A stretch of 24,495 nucleotides of DNA from an uncultured Oscillospiraceae bacterium (GTDB lineage Bacteria > Bacillota > Clostridia > Oscillospirales > Acutalibacteraceae): the NCBI GenBank assembly GCA_902496265.1, contig CABVAD010000001.1:1-24495 (forward strand). Reading direction: 5' to 3'. Positions 14,882 through 24,495 of the stretch are shown here, piece by piece. A model generated the notes under the pieces. It ran no database searches, was not told the DNA's origin, and saw only the letters and a program-made list of their open reading frames with translations. Position numbers and translations under genes: made by a program. The first letter of the stretch is position 1. Each line of letters opens with the position of its first letter.

Positions 14882-17047
14882 ATGGAAATAATTAAGATAC
14901 TGACCGAGGAATTTTCTCTTAAGCCCTTTCAGGTGGAGAATACAGTAAAGCTTATTGACGAGGGCAACACCGTCCCCTTTATCGCGCGTTACCGCAAGGA
15001 GGCGACAGGCTCCCTTGACGACCAGATACTCCGCGAGCTGTCCGACAGGCTTTCATATTTGCGGAATATGGAGGAAACCGCCCTAAAGATAAAGGCGGCG
15101 ATCGAGGAGCAGGGCGCGCTTACAGAGGAGCTTGTTTCGGCGATAGACGCGGCTAAGACCCTTACCGAGCTTGACGATATTTACCGTCCTTACAAGAAAA
15201 AGCGCAAAACAAGGGCTTCCGCCGCAAAGGAAAAGGGCTTAGAGCCTTTAGCGGAGATAATTTACGCCCAGTCGCCCGACTGCGAAGAGCCGATAAAGCT
15301 TTCCGAAAATTACATAGACTCCGAAAAGGGGGTCGAAACCGCCGAGGACGCTTTGCAGGGCGCCATGGATATTATAGCCGAGAAAATCTCGGACGACGCG
15401 GACATAAGAAAGCGTATGCGGTTTGTCTGCTCGGCTCACGGCGTTCTTACAGTCAAGGCGGCGGGGGAGGAATTAGGCGTTTATGAGATGTATAAGGACT
15501 ATTCCGAGCCGCTTTCAAAAATCCCCGATCACCGAATACTTGCAATTAATCGCGGCGAGAAGGAGGACTTTTTAAAGGTCTCTGTTGATTTCGACCGCGA
15601 CAAGGCGATGTTTATAATCGCGAAAAACCATATTAAAGAGGGCTCGCCTGCGACAGCTGCCGTAAAAGCGGCGGCGGAGGACGCCTACACGCGGCTTATT
15701 TTCCCATCTGTCGAGCGTGAGATTCGCTCCGAGCTTACAGAGCGGGCGAGCGTATCCGCAATCAAGGTCTTTTCCACCAATCTGCGACAGCTTTTAATGC
15801 AGCCGCCCGTTAAGGATAAGGTAACGATAGGACTTGACCCCGGCTACAGAACGGGCTGTAAGGTCGCGGTGGTGGACGGCACGGGCAAGGTGCTTGATAC
15901 GGGGGTTATCTACCCTGTTCCGCCTAAAAATAAGGTTGAAGAAGCGAAAAAGATTATAAAAGAGCTGGTTAAAAAATACTCTGTGCGGGTTTTCGCCATA
16001 GGCAACGGCACGGCGAGCCACGAGACCGAGGTTTTCGCCGCCGAGGTTATAAGGGAGCTTGACAACGGGCTTTCCTATATGGTAGTATCCGAGGCGGGGG
16101 CGAGCGTTTATTCCGCGTCCAAGCTTGCCGCCGAGGAGTTCCCCGATTATGATGTGTCGCTTAGGAGCGCGGTATCAATCGCAAGAAGACTTCAAGACCC
16201 CCTTGCCGAGCTTGTTAAAATCGACCCGAAGGCGATAGGAGTCGGTCAGTATCAGCACGATATGCCGCCTGCAAAGCTAAATTCCGCGCTTGACGGCGTG
16301 GTGGAGGACTGCGTTAATACAGTCGGTGTTGACCTTAACACCGCGTCGGTTCAGCTCTTGTCCCGCGTGTCGGGGCTAACCTCCGCAGTGGCGAAAAACA
16401 TTGTAGCCTACCGCGAGGAAAACGGCAAATTCACCTGCCGCACACAGCTTAAAAAGGTATCGAAATTAGGCCCGAAAGCCTTCGAGCAATGCGCGGGCTT
16501 TTTGCGGATTGCCGACGGCAAACAGCCGCTTGACAACACCTCGGTTCACCCCGAAAGCTACAATGCGGCGGAAAGCCTTTTAAAGCTTTGCGGTTATAAT
16601 GATGAAGATGTCAGAAAGGGCAGGGCCTTGGGTATTTCCGAAAATGCCGGGCAAAGAGGCCTCGAAAAGCTTGCGGAAGACCTCCAAATCGGCGTTCCCA
16701 CCCTGAAGGATATAATAAAGGAGCTTGAACGCCCCGGAAGAGACCCGCGCGACGAGCTGCCCGCTCCGCTTTTACGGAGTGATATTATGTCTATGGAGGA
16801 TTTAAAGACGGGTATGGAGCTTACAGGCACGGTCAGAAACGTTATAGATTTCGGCGCGTTTGTCGATATCGGCGTTCATCAGGACGGGCTTGTGCATATC
16901 TCCCAGATTACAGACCGATTTATCAAGCACCCCAGTGAGGTTTTAAAGGTCGGGGATATCGTAAAGGTCTGGGTACTCGGTGTTGATGCCGCTAAAAAAA
17001 GAATTTCACTTACAATGAGGAAAGAAAAGATAAATGAAGCAAAATAA
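14882..17047 (+). CDS. tex: Tex family RNA-binding transcriptional accessory protein
   Basis: GNTVPFIARYRKE, GLDPGYRTGCK, VSEAGASVYSAS, RRLQDPLAELVKIDPK and C-terminal S1 domain. Confidence 0.96.
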   Translation: MEIIKILTEEFSLKPFQVENTVKLIDEGNTVPFIARYRKEATGSLDDQILRELSDRLSYLRNMEETALKIKAAIEEQGALTEELVSAIDAAKTLTELDDIYRPYKKKRKTRASAAKEKGLEPLAEIIYAQSPDCEEPIKLSENYIDSEKGVETAEDALQGAMDIIAEKISDDADIRKRMRFVCSAHGVLTVKAAGEELGVYEMYKDYSEPLSKIPDHRILAINRGEKEDFLKVSVDFDRDKAMFIIAKNHIKEGSPATAAVKAAAEDAYTRLIFPSVEREIRSELTERASVSAIKVFSTNLRQLLMQPPVKDKVTIGLDPGYRTGCKVAVVDGTGKVLDTGVIYPVPPKNKVEEAKKIIKELVKKYSVRVFAIGNGTASHETEVFAAEVIRELDNGLSYMVVSEAGASVYSASKLAAEEFPDYDVSLRSAVSIARRLQDPLAELVKIDPKAIGVGQYQHDMPPAKLNSALDGVVEDCVNTVGVDLNTASVQLLSRVSGLTSAVAKNIVAYREENGKFTCRTQLKKVSKLGPKAFEQCAGFLRIADGKQPLDNTSVHPESYNAAESLLKLCGYNDEDVRKGRALGISENAGQRGLEKLAEDLQIGVPTLKDIIKELERPGRDPRDELPAPLLRSDIMSMEDLKTGMELTGTVRNVIDFGAFVDIGVHQDGLVHISQITDRFIKHPSEVLKVGDIVKVWVLGVDAAKKRISLTMRKEKINEAK

Positions 17048-17963
17048 TTTAAAGGGCAGTCTTATTCTCTGCACCGCCTCGCTTATATGGGGACTTGCCT
17101 TTGTGGCGCAGAGCGACGCGGCGGATTTAGTTCCGTCCTTTACCTTTAACGCCCTGCGCTCCTTTATCGGGGCGGCGGCGCTGTTTGTGTTTTATAAAAT
17201 CACGGGCAGAAAAAGAAAAGAGAGCTTTTTCCCCGCCGACAAAGCACTTAAAAAACAGTATTTTCTGGCGGCGGCGGTCTGCGGGCTTATGCTTACAATC
17301 TCGGTAAATCTACAGCAGTTCGGGCTTGCGGCTTATCCGAGCGGAGCGGCGGCGGAGGCGCGCGGCGGCTTTATCACCGCGCTTTATGTGGTGTTAGTGC
17401 CTGTAATCTCGTTTTTTGCGGGCAAAAAAACAAGCCCTGTTATTTGGCTCAGCGTCCTTGTAGCGCTTTCGGGTTTTTACCTCTTATGCCTTTCGGGCGG
17501 AACAGGGGGAATTTACCTCGGCGACCTGCTTATCTTTATATGCGCGGTTTCCTTCAGCCTGCATATTCTGTCTATCGATAAATTTGTCGGAATTACGGGC
17601 GGGGTTAAGCTTTCGGTAATGCAGTTTACGGTGGTCGGAGTTCTGTCCTCGGTTTTAGCGTTTATTTTCGAGCGCCCCGAGCTTTCAAACATTTTAGCCG
17701 CCGCTCCGCAGATACTCTACCTCGGCATAATGTCAAGCGGCGTGGCGTATACGCTTCAAATTGTCGGTCAAAAATACGCCGAGCCGTCGGTCGCCTCCCT
17801 TTCAATGAGCCTTGAAAGCGTTTTCGCGGCTTTGGGCGGCTGGATTATTTCGGGCAACGCCCTGTCTGTCAAGGAATTTTGCGGCTGTGCGCTTGTATTC
17901 GCCGCAATTATCGTGGCTCAACTGCCCGAGATGATAGCTTCAAAGAAAAAGCAGGAATGTTAA
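17034..17963 (+). CDS. DMT/EamA family transporter
   Basis: IWGLAFVAQ, GFITALYVVLVP, VAYTLQIVGQK and SLESVFAAL motifs; about 10 TM helices. Confidence 0.9.
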   Translation: MKQNNLKGSLILCTASLIWGLAFVAQSDAADLVPSFTFNALRSFIGAAALFVFYKITGRKRKESFFPADKALKKQYFLAAAVCGLMLTISVNLQQFGLAAYPSGAAAEARGGFITALYVVLVPVISFFAGKKTSPVIWLSVLVALSGFYLLCLSGGTGGIYLGDLLIFICAVSFSLHILSIDKFVGITGGVKLSVMQFTVVGVLSSVLAFIFERPELSNILAAAPQILYLGIMSSGVAYTLQIVGQKYAEPSVASLSMSLESVFAALGGWIISGNALSVKEFCGCALVFAAIIVAQLPEMIASKKKQEC

Positions 17964-17973
17964 AATTATAGCT

Positions 17974-18010
17974 TAAAACGGGCTGTCTGAGACAGCCCGT
18001 TTTACTTTTT
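17974..18010. terminator. Bidirectional terminator between convergent EamA and gpsA genes
   Basis: TAAAACGGGCTGTC-TGA-GACAGCCCGTTTTA, a perfect 14-bp inverted repeat, then CTTTTT. Confidence 0.88.
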
Positions 18011-18018
18011 ATCGATTA

Positions 18019-19002
18019 TTAATGCTCACTGCGCTTAGGGCGGCGCATTAGGTCGTTCGGAACGTCCCTTACGTCCTTGTCCTCGTAAAGTATAGCGTAA
18101 CATTCCTCGGTTATCGGCATTTCTATTTTATATTTTTGTGCCAGCGAATGGGCAAGATCCGCGGCGTAATAGCCCTCGACCGTGCCGACCTCGCCGAGCG
18201 CCTGTTTTATAGGTGTTCCCGAGCCGACCTTTTCACCGAAGCGGTGATTACGGCTGTGCTGTGAGGTGCAGGTCACGACAAGGTCGCCTATTCCCGCAAG
18301 CCCCGAAAAGGTGTATTCCTTTGCGCCCATGCAAACGCCTAAGCGCGCCATCTCCGCAAGACCTCTTGTTATAAGGGCGGCTTTGGTGTTATCGCCGAGT
18401 CCTAAGCCGTCGCAAAAGCCCGCGGCTATCGCTATAACATTTTTAAGCGCACCGCCTAATTCAACGCCTATAAGGTCGTCGGAGGTGTATATCCTTAAAT
18501 TATCGCCCGACATTATGCTCTGAACAATCTGCGCGGTAATGGCAGAGTCGGAGGCGACAACGACAGAGGTGGGTATTCCGCGGGCGACCTCCTCGGCGTG
18601 GGAGGGACCCGAAAGCACAGCAACCTTTGCTAAGGGAAGCTCCTCGGCTATTACCTCCGAAAGCCGCCTGAGCGAGCCCTTTTCAAAGCCCTTGGCAACA
18701 TTTACGACTATCCCGAAATCCTCCATAGCCGAAAGCCTTTTTGCCGTCTGCCTTACCGCGACCGAGGGGGTTGCGATAATTGTAATCGCCGAGCCCTTAA
18801 CAACCGATAAATCTGTCGTGATGCCTATTTCCTCGGGAAGTCTTATCCCGCTTAAAAGCCGCTCATTGCCGCGGTTTTTTGAAAGCTGTTCGACCTCTTC
18901 AGGGAAGGGCGACCATATAGCAACCTCGTTCCCGCCGCCGAAGGCGGAAAGCGCCAGCGCCATTCCCCAACCGCCTGCGCCCAGAACCGTAATTTTAGCC
19001 AT
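18019..19002 (-). CDS. gpsA: NAD(P)H-dependent glycerol-3-phosphate dehydrogenase
   Basis: GAGGWG, LSGPSHAEEV, GGALKNVIA, GIGDLVVTC, SRN and VEG motifs. Confidence 0.96.
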   Translation of the reverse strand: MAKITVLGAGGWGMALALSAFGGGNEVAIWSPFPEEVEQLSKNRGNERLLSGIRLPEEIGITTDLSVVKGSAITIIATPSVAVRQTAKRLSAMEDFGIVVNVAKGFEKGSLRRLSEVIAEELPLAKVAVLSGPSHAEEVARGIPTSVVVASDSAITAQIVQSIMSGDNLRIYTSDDLIGVELGGALKNVIAIAAGFCDGLGLGDNTKAALITRGLAEMARLGVCMGAKEYTFSGLAGIGDLVVTCTSQHSRNHRFGEKVGSGTPIKQALGEVGTVEGYYAADLAHSLAQKYKIEMPITEECYAILYEDKDVRDVPNDLMRRPKRSEH

Positions 19003-19643
19003 TACTTTTTCCTCCGTACAGTTATTTTCTTCTCCTCGCCCTTAACCAACCTCTTTATGTTATCCTTGTGTTTCAAAAATACTGTCACGCCCATTGAAAT
19101 GCTTAAAACAGCGGGCAGAGCTATGTTGGCCTCGGAATTATAAAAAACTAACGAAAGCGAAATAACCGTAACCGTTGCGACAAGCGAGCTTAGCGAGACA
19201 ACCCTAGTGATAAGGGTCATAACCGCGAAGACGGTAAGCCCTATAATAATCGCGATCGGACAGCACACCGCAAATATTCCCACGCTTGTGGCGACCCCCT
19301 TGCCGCCCTTAAAGCGGAAGAAAATCGGGAAAACGTGGCCCAACATACAGGCGACCCCGCACATATAAGCTACATAAATCCAGGGTATGGTATCGGGAAA
19401 AGCGTGAATAAAAAGCATTTTACCTATAAAACAGGCGGCAAAGCCCTTAAGCACATCGCAGATAAAGGTCAGCGCCCCCGGCAAAAAGCCCGCGGTACGC
19501 ATAACGTTAGTCGTACCCGCGTTTCCGCTCCCAAGCTCTCTGACGTCCTTTTTAAGAAAAATATTCGCAAAAATCACCGCGAAATTGATACTTCCCAAAA
19601 GATAGGCGATAATAACCGCCGCTATTACACCGAAATACATCAT
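19002..19643 (-). CDS. plsY: Glycerol-3-phosphate 1-O-acyltransferase PlsY
   Basis: YLLGSI, GSGNAGTTNVMR, GHVFP, FKGGKGVAT and KHKDNIKRL motifs. Confidence 0.96.
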   Translation of the reverse strand: MMYFGVIAAVIIAYLLGSINFAVIFANIFLKKDVRELGSGNAGTTNVMRTAGFLPGALTFICDVLKGFAACFIGKMLFIHAFPDTIPWIYVAYMCGVACMLGHVFPIFFRFKGGKGVATSVGIFAVCCPIAIIIGLTVFAVMTLITRVVSLSSLVATVTVISLSLVFYNSEANIALPAVLSISMGVTVFLKHKDNIKRLVKGEEKKITVRRKK

Positions 19644-20962
19644 TTGTCTCCCCTTTCACGAATTACGAAACGTACCGGCGTACCCTCAAGCCCGAAGGTT
19701 GAGCGAATCTGATTTTCAAGATAACGCTGATAGGAAAAATGGAACAGCTCCGCCTTGTTGCAGAAGCAAACGAATGTAGGCGGTTTTGTAGAGGCCTGGG
19801 TCATATAGTAAATTTTAAGCCTTTTTCCTTTATCGGTCGGCGGCTGAACACGCGCGGTCGCGTCGGCTAAAATATCGTTTAGCATTCCCGTTGATATCCG
19901 CATTGTGTTCTGCTCGTTTACATATTTTATAAGCTCGAAAAGGCGGTCTATTCTCTGTCCCGTTTTTGCGGAAATAAAGATTATCGGCGCATAGGGCATA
20001 AAGGAAAAGTCCTTCATAAGGCTTTTTCTTGTGCTGTCCATGGTTTTGCCGTCCTTGTCGACCGCGTCCCACTTGTTTACGGCGATAATACACGCCTTGC
20101 CCTGCTCGACCGCAAGTCCCGCGACCTTTGAATCCTGCTCGGTAAAGCCCTCGATGCCGTCTATCATTATAACGCAGACGTCGGCGCGTTCGACCGCCAT
20201 TTTAGCCCTCAGCACGCTGTATTTTTCGATTTTGTCCTCGACGCGGCTTTTGCGCCTAAGCCCCGCAGTATCGATAAAATTGTACTTAACGCCGTCTCGC
20301 TCAACCCGCGTATCAATAGCGTCCCGCGTAGTTCCCGCGACGTCAGATACAATCGAGCGTTCCTCTCCCGCTATCTGATTGATAAGTGAGGATTTGCCCG
20401 CGTTGGGCTTGCCTATAACCGCGACGTTGATAATATCCTCCTCGCCGTCCTCAAACTCGGACTCGGGGATATTTTTTATCACCTCGTCTAATAGGTCGCC
20501 CGTGCCGTGGCCGTGAACCGAGGAAACCGCGATAGGCTCGCCTATGCCTAAATTGTAAAACTCGTAAAACTCGGGCGGAAGCTCGCCTATACCGTCGCAC
20601 TTGTTGACGCACAGCACAACCGGCTTGCCGCTTTTTTGCAGGAGCGCCGCCACCTCCATATCGGAAGCGGTAACTCCCGATTTTATATCGGTCACAAAAA
20701 TTATAACCGAGGCGGTGTCTATAGCAAGCTGAGCCTGCGCCCGCATACCCGACAGTATAACGTCGCCGTTATCGGGCTCAATACCGCCCGTGTCCACCAG
20801 CATAAACCTTTTACCGAGCCACTCGCCGTCGCCGTAGATACGGTCGCGCGTAACGCCCGGGGTATCGTCCACAATGGAAAGACGTTTACCGATTATTTTA
20901 TTGAAAAGAGTCGATTTGCCGACATTCGGTCTGCCGACAACCGCGACAACAGGTTTTGCCAT
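19640..20962 (-). CDS. der: Ribosome biogenesis GTPase Der (EngA)
   Basis: Two G-domains (GRPNVGKS/DTGG/NKCD and GKPNAGKS/DTAG/NKWD) plus C-terminal domain with YLENQIR. Confidence 0.97.
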   Translation of the reverse strand: MAKPVVAVVGRPNVGKSTLFNKIIGKRLSIVDDTPGVTRDRIYGDGEWLGKRFMLVDTGGIEPDNGDVILSGMRAQAQLAIDTASVIIFVTDIKSGVTASDMEVAALLQKSGKPVVLCVNKCDGIGELPPEFYEFYNLGIGEPIAVSSVHGHGTGDLLDEVIKNIPESEFEDGEEDIINVAVIGKPNAGKSSLINQIAGEERSIVSDVAGTTRDAIDTRVERDGVKYNFIDTAGLRRKSRVEDKIEKYSVLRAKMAVERADVCVIMIDGIEGFTEQDSKVAGLAVEQGKACIIAVNKWDAVDKDGKTMDSTRKSLMKDFSFMPYAPIIFISAKTGQRIDRLFELIKYVNEQNTMRISTGMLNDILADATARVQPPTDKGKRLKIYYMTQASTKPPTFVCFCNKAELFHFSYQRYLENQIRSTFGLEGTPVRFVIRERGDK

Positions 20963-20977
20963 AAGGCGCGCCCCCTT

Positions 20978-22288
20978 TTACTTATTTATTCCCAAAATCG
21001 CGTCCACAAGCTCATAGCCGTCGTTATTAACGGGGGTTATTTTAACTCCCAAACGCTTTGACAGCTCGTCTAACGTTACGCTGTCGAGGAACATATCCCC
21101 CTCGGCGCGAAGCATAACCGAGGGAATTAACAGCTCTTCGCCTAAATTTTCACCCTTCAGCTGTTCCTCAATATCGGTCGCCGTAACCAGTCCCGAAACA
21201 TTGATTTTGCCGCCGAAAAAGTTATTTTTAACCGCGAAAACCCGTGGGCTTAAAAGCGGATTTTTTTCAGCACATTTGTCGGCTATCATTTTGATAAGCG
21301 GATACGCCGCCTCGCCGCTTGCGAGCGAGACCCTGCGTTCTTCTTTGGAAGTATATTCACATTCTTCAAGCGCCTGTAAAGCCTCGCTACGCAAAAGCGA
21401 CCAAAGTCCCACACCGTTTTCAAGCTGTAAAAAGTCGCCGTAATAGTCGGCTTCGGGGATTTCCCGCTCGGCTAAGAGATAAAACTCGTCCGCGCCGTAA
21501 ATCCTGCGCTGACCGTATTGGCGGAGGCAGATATCCCCGTATTTATCGATAATGTCAAGCACCGCGCCCGCCGTTTGCTTGTTAAACGGCTCAATCTGCG
21601 CGAGTCCCTCGCGGTAGGCGGTAAGCCCGACGGGTACCGCGGCGATACACTCGGCGTTTTCAAGCCGACTTAAATCATTAAGCGTTCTTTCAAGCTCCGC
21701 GCCGTCGTTATATCCGGGGCAGAGCACCAGCTGGCAGTTAAGCTTTATCCCCGCGCTGTTAAAGCGCTCTATTATTTCAAGAACCTTGCCCGCGTTTTTG
21801 TTCGCCATCATTTTAACCCTGAGCTCAGGGTTAGTGGTATGCACCGAAATATTTATAGGACTTATGTGCATTTTAATAATGCGCTCAACCTCGTGCTCGG
21901 TGATGTTGGTAAGCGTGATATAATTTCCGAAAAGGAAGGAAAGGCGGGAATCGTCGTCCTTAAAATAAAGACTCTCCCGAAGACCCTTAGGTAACTGGTC
22001 GATAAAGCAGAAAACGCATTTGTTGCGGCAGGAGTGCTTTTTATCCATCAGATAGGTCTCAAACAGGAGACCCAATTCCTCGTACTCGTCCTTTTTAATC
22101 TTAGCGGTTCTTGTTTTTCCGGAGGAATCGATAAATTCTACGGTCAGGCGCTCATTATCCTGATAAAAACGGTAGTCGAGGACATCAACAATCTCATTGC
22201 CGTCAATGGATATAAGCGTATCTCCGCATCTTATTCCCGCTTTGTAGGCGGGACTGCCTTTTTCCACAGATTTTATTATTACCGACAT
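20978..22288 (-). CDS. DUF512 family PDZ-domain radical-SAM-like Fe-S protein
   Basis: N-terminal PDZ-like segment, CRNKCVFC, KDDDSRLSFLFGNYITLTN and QLENGVG; usual position upstream of der. Confidence 0.9.
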   Translation of the reverse strand: MSVIIKSVEKGSPAYKAGIRCGDTLISIDGNEIVDVLDYRFYQDNERLTVEFIDSSGKTRTAKIKKDEYEELGLLFETYLMDKKHSCRNKCVFCFIDQLPKGLRESLYFKDDDSRLSFLFGNYITLTNITEHEVERIIKMHISPINISVHTTNPELRVKMMANKNAGKVLEIIERFNSAGIKLNCQLVLCPGYNDGAELERTLNDLSRLENAECIAAVPVGLTAYREGLAQIEPFNKQTAGAVLDIIDKYGDICLRQYGQRRIYGADEFYLLAEREIPEADYYGDFLQLENGVGLWSLLRSEALQALEECEYTSKEERRVSLASGEAAYPLIKMIADKCAEKNPLLSPRVFAVKNNFFGGKINVSGLVTATDIEEQLKGENLGEELLIPSVMLRAEGDMFLDSVTLDELSKRLGVKITPVNNDGYELVDAILGINK

Positions 22289-22347
22289 ATTTTCACCCCT
22301 TTTTACAACAGAGATAAATTTAAAAATAGTCTAGCGTCTGGCGTCTA

Positions 22348-22388
22348 AAAAAGCAGAGGAGGAAACCTTCCCCCTCTGCCCCTTTTTA
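22348..22388 (-). terminator. Rho-independent terminator after rpmF
   Basis: On the - strand, GCAGAGG-GGAAGGTTTCCT-CCTCTGC followed by a T-run. Confidence 0.75.
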
Positions 22389-22407
22389 CGAAGACCGTTC
22401 GGCAAAA

Positions 22408-22590
22408 TTATTCGCCGACCTTTACTACCTCGCGTCCATCGTAATGGCCGCAGGCAGAGCAAAGTCTGTGCGGACGCTTATATTCACCGCAGTTAGAGCA
22501 TCTTACGAGTGTCGGAGCGGTAAGCTTCCAAAGGTTGTTTCTTCTCTTGTCACGTCTTGCTTTAGAGGTTTTTCTCTTTGGTACTGCCAT
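22408..22590 (-). CDS. rpmF: 50S ribosomal protein L32 (Cys-containing form)
   Basis: [17 protein letters not shown]...CSNCG...[13 protein letters not shown] 22590 with RBS AAGGAGGT. Confidence 0.97.
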   Translation of the reverse strand: MAVPKRKTSKARRDKRRNNLWKLTAPTLVRCSNCGEYKRPHRLCSACGHYDGREVVKVGE

Positions 22591-22625
22591 TTTCAGCACC
22601 TCCTTAAAATAATAAAAATGTGATT

Positions 22626-23123
22626 TTAGTTATTTAACAGCTCGGCGAGCGCCGAAAGCCTCGGATCAATCTCTTTCTCGGGACAGTCGCACCTGCCCTC
22701 ATTGAGATTTTTGCCGCATTTTACGCATATTCCCTTGCAGTCGTCCTTGCACAAATGCTTCATAGGAAGACTTACGATAACCTCGGAATAAACCAGCTCG
22801 TTAAGGTCGAGCTTCATATCGGGAGTAAGCAGGATACTTTCGCTTTCCTCCCCCTCGATAGACGGGGCTAATGATTTTTGTATATGCAGGGTATGCTTTT
22901 TCGCGGTGTAAGCGCCGCAACGGTCGCACGGAGCCTCGAACACATAAGTAATAACAGCGTCAAGCTCCACAAGGCTTGCTTTGTTGGTAACCGAGCCCTT
23001 GATTTCCGCGGGCTTTTTGAGCGGATAATCGCCCGAAAAATCAACCTTGCTCATATCCAACGAATACTCAATCGGTAAAGAAGAATTTTCATTGACAAAA
23101 ATTCGCTTTAAATCAATAATCAT
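22626..23123 (-). CDS. yceD: YceD/DUF177 family 23S rRNA accumulation protein
   Basis: [22 protein letters not shown] and DPRL motifs; canonical position upstream of rpmF. Confidence 0.92.
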   Translation of the reverse strand: MIIDLKRIFVNENSSLPIEYSLDMSKVDFSGDYPLKKPAEIKGSVTNKASLVELDAVITYVFEAPCDRCGAYTAKKHTLHIQKSLAPSIEGEESESILLTPDMKLDLNELVYSEVIVSLPMKHLCKDDCKGICVKCGKNLNEGRCDCPEKEIDPRLSALAELLNN

Positions 23124-23150
23124 ACTTCCACCTCTATCGTCACAAAGACT

Positions 23151-23179
23151 ATTATATCGTTATCTTGCCTCTTTGTCAA
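23151..23179 (-). promoter_or_regulatory. Consensus sigma-A promoter of yceD-rpmF
   Basis: On the - strand, TTGACA (23179-23174), 17 bp, TATAAT (23156-23151). Confidence 0.85.
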
Positions 23180-23282
23180 GATTTTATTTAATAAATTTCC
23201 GCCGCGCCGAATAAAGCTTTTTTAATAAATAATTAAAGACCGACCTGAATAAAATATTAAAAGAACAGGAGTGTGGGAAAAT

Positions 23283-24116
23283 ATGAATTATATAAACTGT
23301 AAGGACGTAAGCCTGCCCGCGGATATGAGGAAGGCGATAGAATTTTGGGCGCGGAACACCGTGGGACATATCGAAACCCTTCTAAAGCTTAAGGGTCCGA
23401 CCGCCGCTGTAATGCAGCCTTATTTTTCGGAAGAGCTTGAATCCCTGCTTAAAAGCTTTAAAAAAGCGAGCGCCCTCTACGGCGGAAAGGACGCTTGCAG
23501 ACTGCCGGTAAAGCCCCAGCTTATGTTCGCTGAAAACCGAAGACTCATAAATTTGCTTGAAAGAATGAAGTTTGAGGGCTTCGGCGGCTATCCCTACCTA
23601 CAGCAGACAATTTTTCACTACATTTACGAGCAGAGGTACATAAACGCAATTTTCGGAGTCCCTAACGAAACACGGGGGCTGATTACGATGCGTTTTTCGC
23701 CGATGGGAAGCTATCCGCTCGTATGCATATACAATCAGATGTATTTTTGGAGCGTAATAGGCGCAATGCACCCCTCGCTTATGATGGGCAACGAGAGGTT
23801 TTACCGCTCCGCCTCGCTTCGCACAAGGGAGTACCTGACCGAAATTACAAACCGCTTTAATTCGGTCTGCTTCAGTCTCGGCAGTCTCAAAAAGCCGCCG
23901 ACAAGTGCGGAGCTTCAAAAGGTTTTCTGCGTGTTCTGCTCGCTTAATTCTGAATTTCTCCGCTTTTTAATGCTTATTAAGGCAGGCGGCGGTGGAGTGT
24001 ACGCGGCGGGCGCGCCGACCGATATGCCGCAAAGCTTTTATAAATCCCTTGACCATATTATAGGCGAGCACACCCTCGTAAAGGAGCTTGCCGAGACCAT
24101 GGGGGAACGGTTTTGA
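23283..24116 (+). CDS. DUF2935-like two-repeat helical protein of unknown function
   Basis: Internal duplication: FWARNTVGH...FHYIYE and FWSVIGAMH...DHIIGE. ATG 23283 preferred over GTG 23271. Confidence 0.65.
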   Translation: MNYINCKDVSLPADMRKAIEFWARNTVGHIETLLKLKGPTAAVMQPYFSEELESLLKSFKKASALYGGKDACRLPVKPQLMFAENRRLINLLERMKFEGFGGYPYLQQTIFHYIYEQRYINAIFGVPNETRGLITMRFSPMGSYPLVCIYNQMYFWSVIGAMHPSLMMGNERFYRSASLRTREYLTEITNRFNSVCFSLGSLKKPPTSAELQKVFCVFCSLNSEFLRFLMLIKAGGGGVYAAGAPTDMPQSFYKSLDHIIGEHTLVKELAETMGERF

Positions 24117-24162
24117 AGGAATGATACATATTAAACGGCAGTAAGAGAAAAGAGCGCAAATA

Positions 24163-24495
24163 TTATGAGTTCTTTGGCTTGCAAACATCTACCCAAGCAA
24201 TAAATCCGGAATACTTTTCAAGCTCAGCTATCGTGAGCTCAATTGCGCTGTTTGAACTGCCGCAGGCCGGAAATACCGTTTCAAATCGCTTCAGCGATTC
24301 ATCCAGATAGACCTTTACTCCGTCGTTTACCGCAAACGGGCAAACTCCGCCTACATTATGGCCTATAAGCTCGGCTACCTCATCGAATTTGAGCATAATT
24401 GCTTTCACGCCGAACTGTGCTTTGTATTTTGAATTGTCGATTTTAACATCTCCCGCGGTTACAATAAGTATGCAATCGTCCTTGAGTTTAAAAGA
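24163..24495 (-). CDS. YbaK/EbsC family aminoacyl-tRNA deacylase, 5' end outside the window
   Basis: Frame open to the window edge: SFKLKDDCILIVTAGDVKIDNSKYKAQFG...GHNVGGVCPF...VYLDESL...PACGS. Confidence 0.88.
   Translation of the reverse strand, partial: SFKLKDDCILIVTAGDVKIDNSKYKAQFGVKAIMLKFDEVAELIGHNVGGVCPFAVNDGVKVYLDESLKRFETVFPACGSSNSAIELTIAELEKYSGFIAWVDVCKPKNS

Noticed and set aside
12272..22590. L28 and L32 as Zn-starvation paralogues linked to the znu operon
   Set aside because: Both keep two CxxC motifs and have consensus-like sigma-A promoters with no operator seen; they look like the housekeeping copies.
24117..24495. Possible composition shift marking an island boundary
   Set aside because: A rough hand count gave about 45% GC in the coding part, not clearly different from the rest; too short to judge and no mobility signal.

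Overview
This 24.5-kb window looks like core chromosome from a Clostridia-type Firmicute (inferred from type II GalT, DUF512-der-plsY-gpsA synteny, sigma-A promoters and AGGAGG ribosome-binding sites). It holds a znuA-znuC-znuB-DNA glycosylase operon, a CPBP/Abi membrane protein, CapA and DUF554 genes, a feoA-feoA-feoB-Cys-rich peptide operon, galT plus an AEC transporter, and rpmB. It continues with a HAD-MFS-dCMP deaminase-tex-EamA cluster, yceD-rpmF-DUF512-der-plsY-gpsA, a DUF2935-like gene and a truncated YbaK/EbsC gene. The most interesting region is the 'intergenic' 3050-3430, which the ORF track misses. It contains a complete-looking type I toxin-antitoxin cassette: a 28-aa hydrophobic peptide, a convergent antisense RNA with a perfect sigma-A promoter, a shared hairpin and long-range 5'-3' mRNA pairing. 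The cassette is bracketed by 13-bp imperfect direct repeats that each contain a -35 hexamer. It sits back-to-back with a probably Zn-repressed znu promoter and is followed by a CPBP protein lacking its metal-binding histidines. The feo operon has four GTTAGC-N4-GCTAAC operator-like palindromes, one just downstream of an internal terminator-like hairpin. No rRNA, tRNA, CRISPR array, transposase or integrase was seen. All family calls are from motif recognition by eye; no database search was run.
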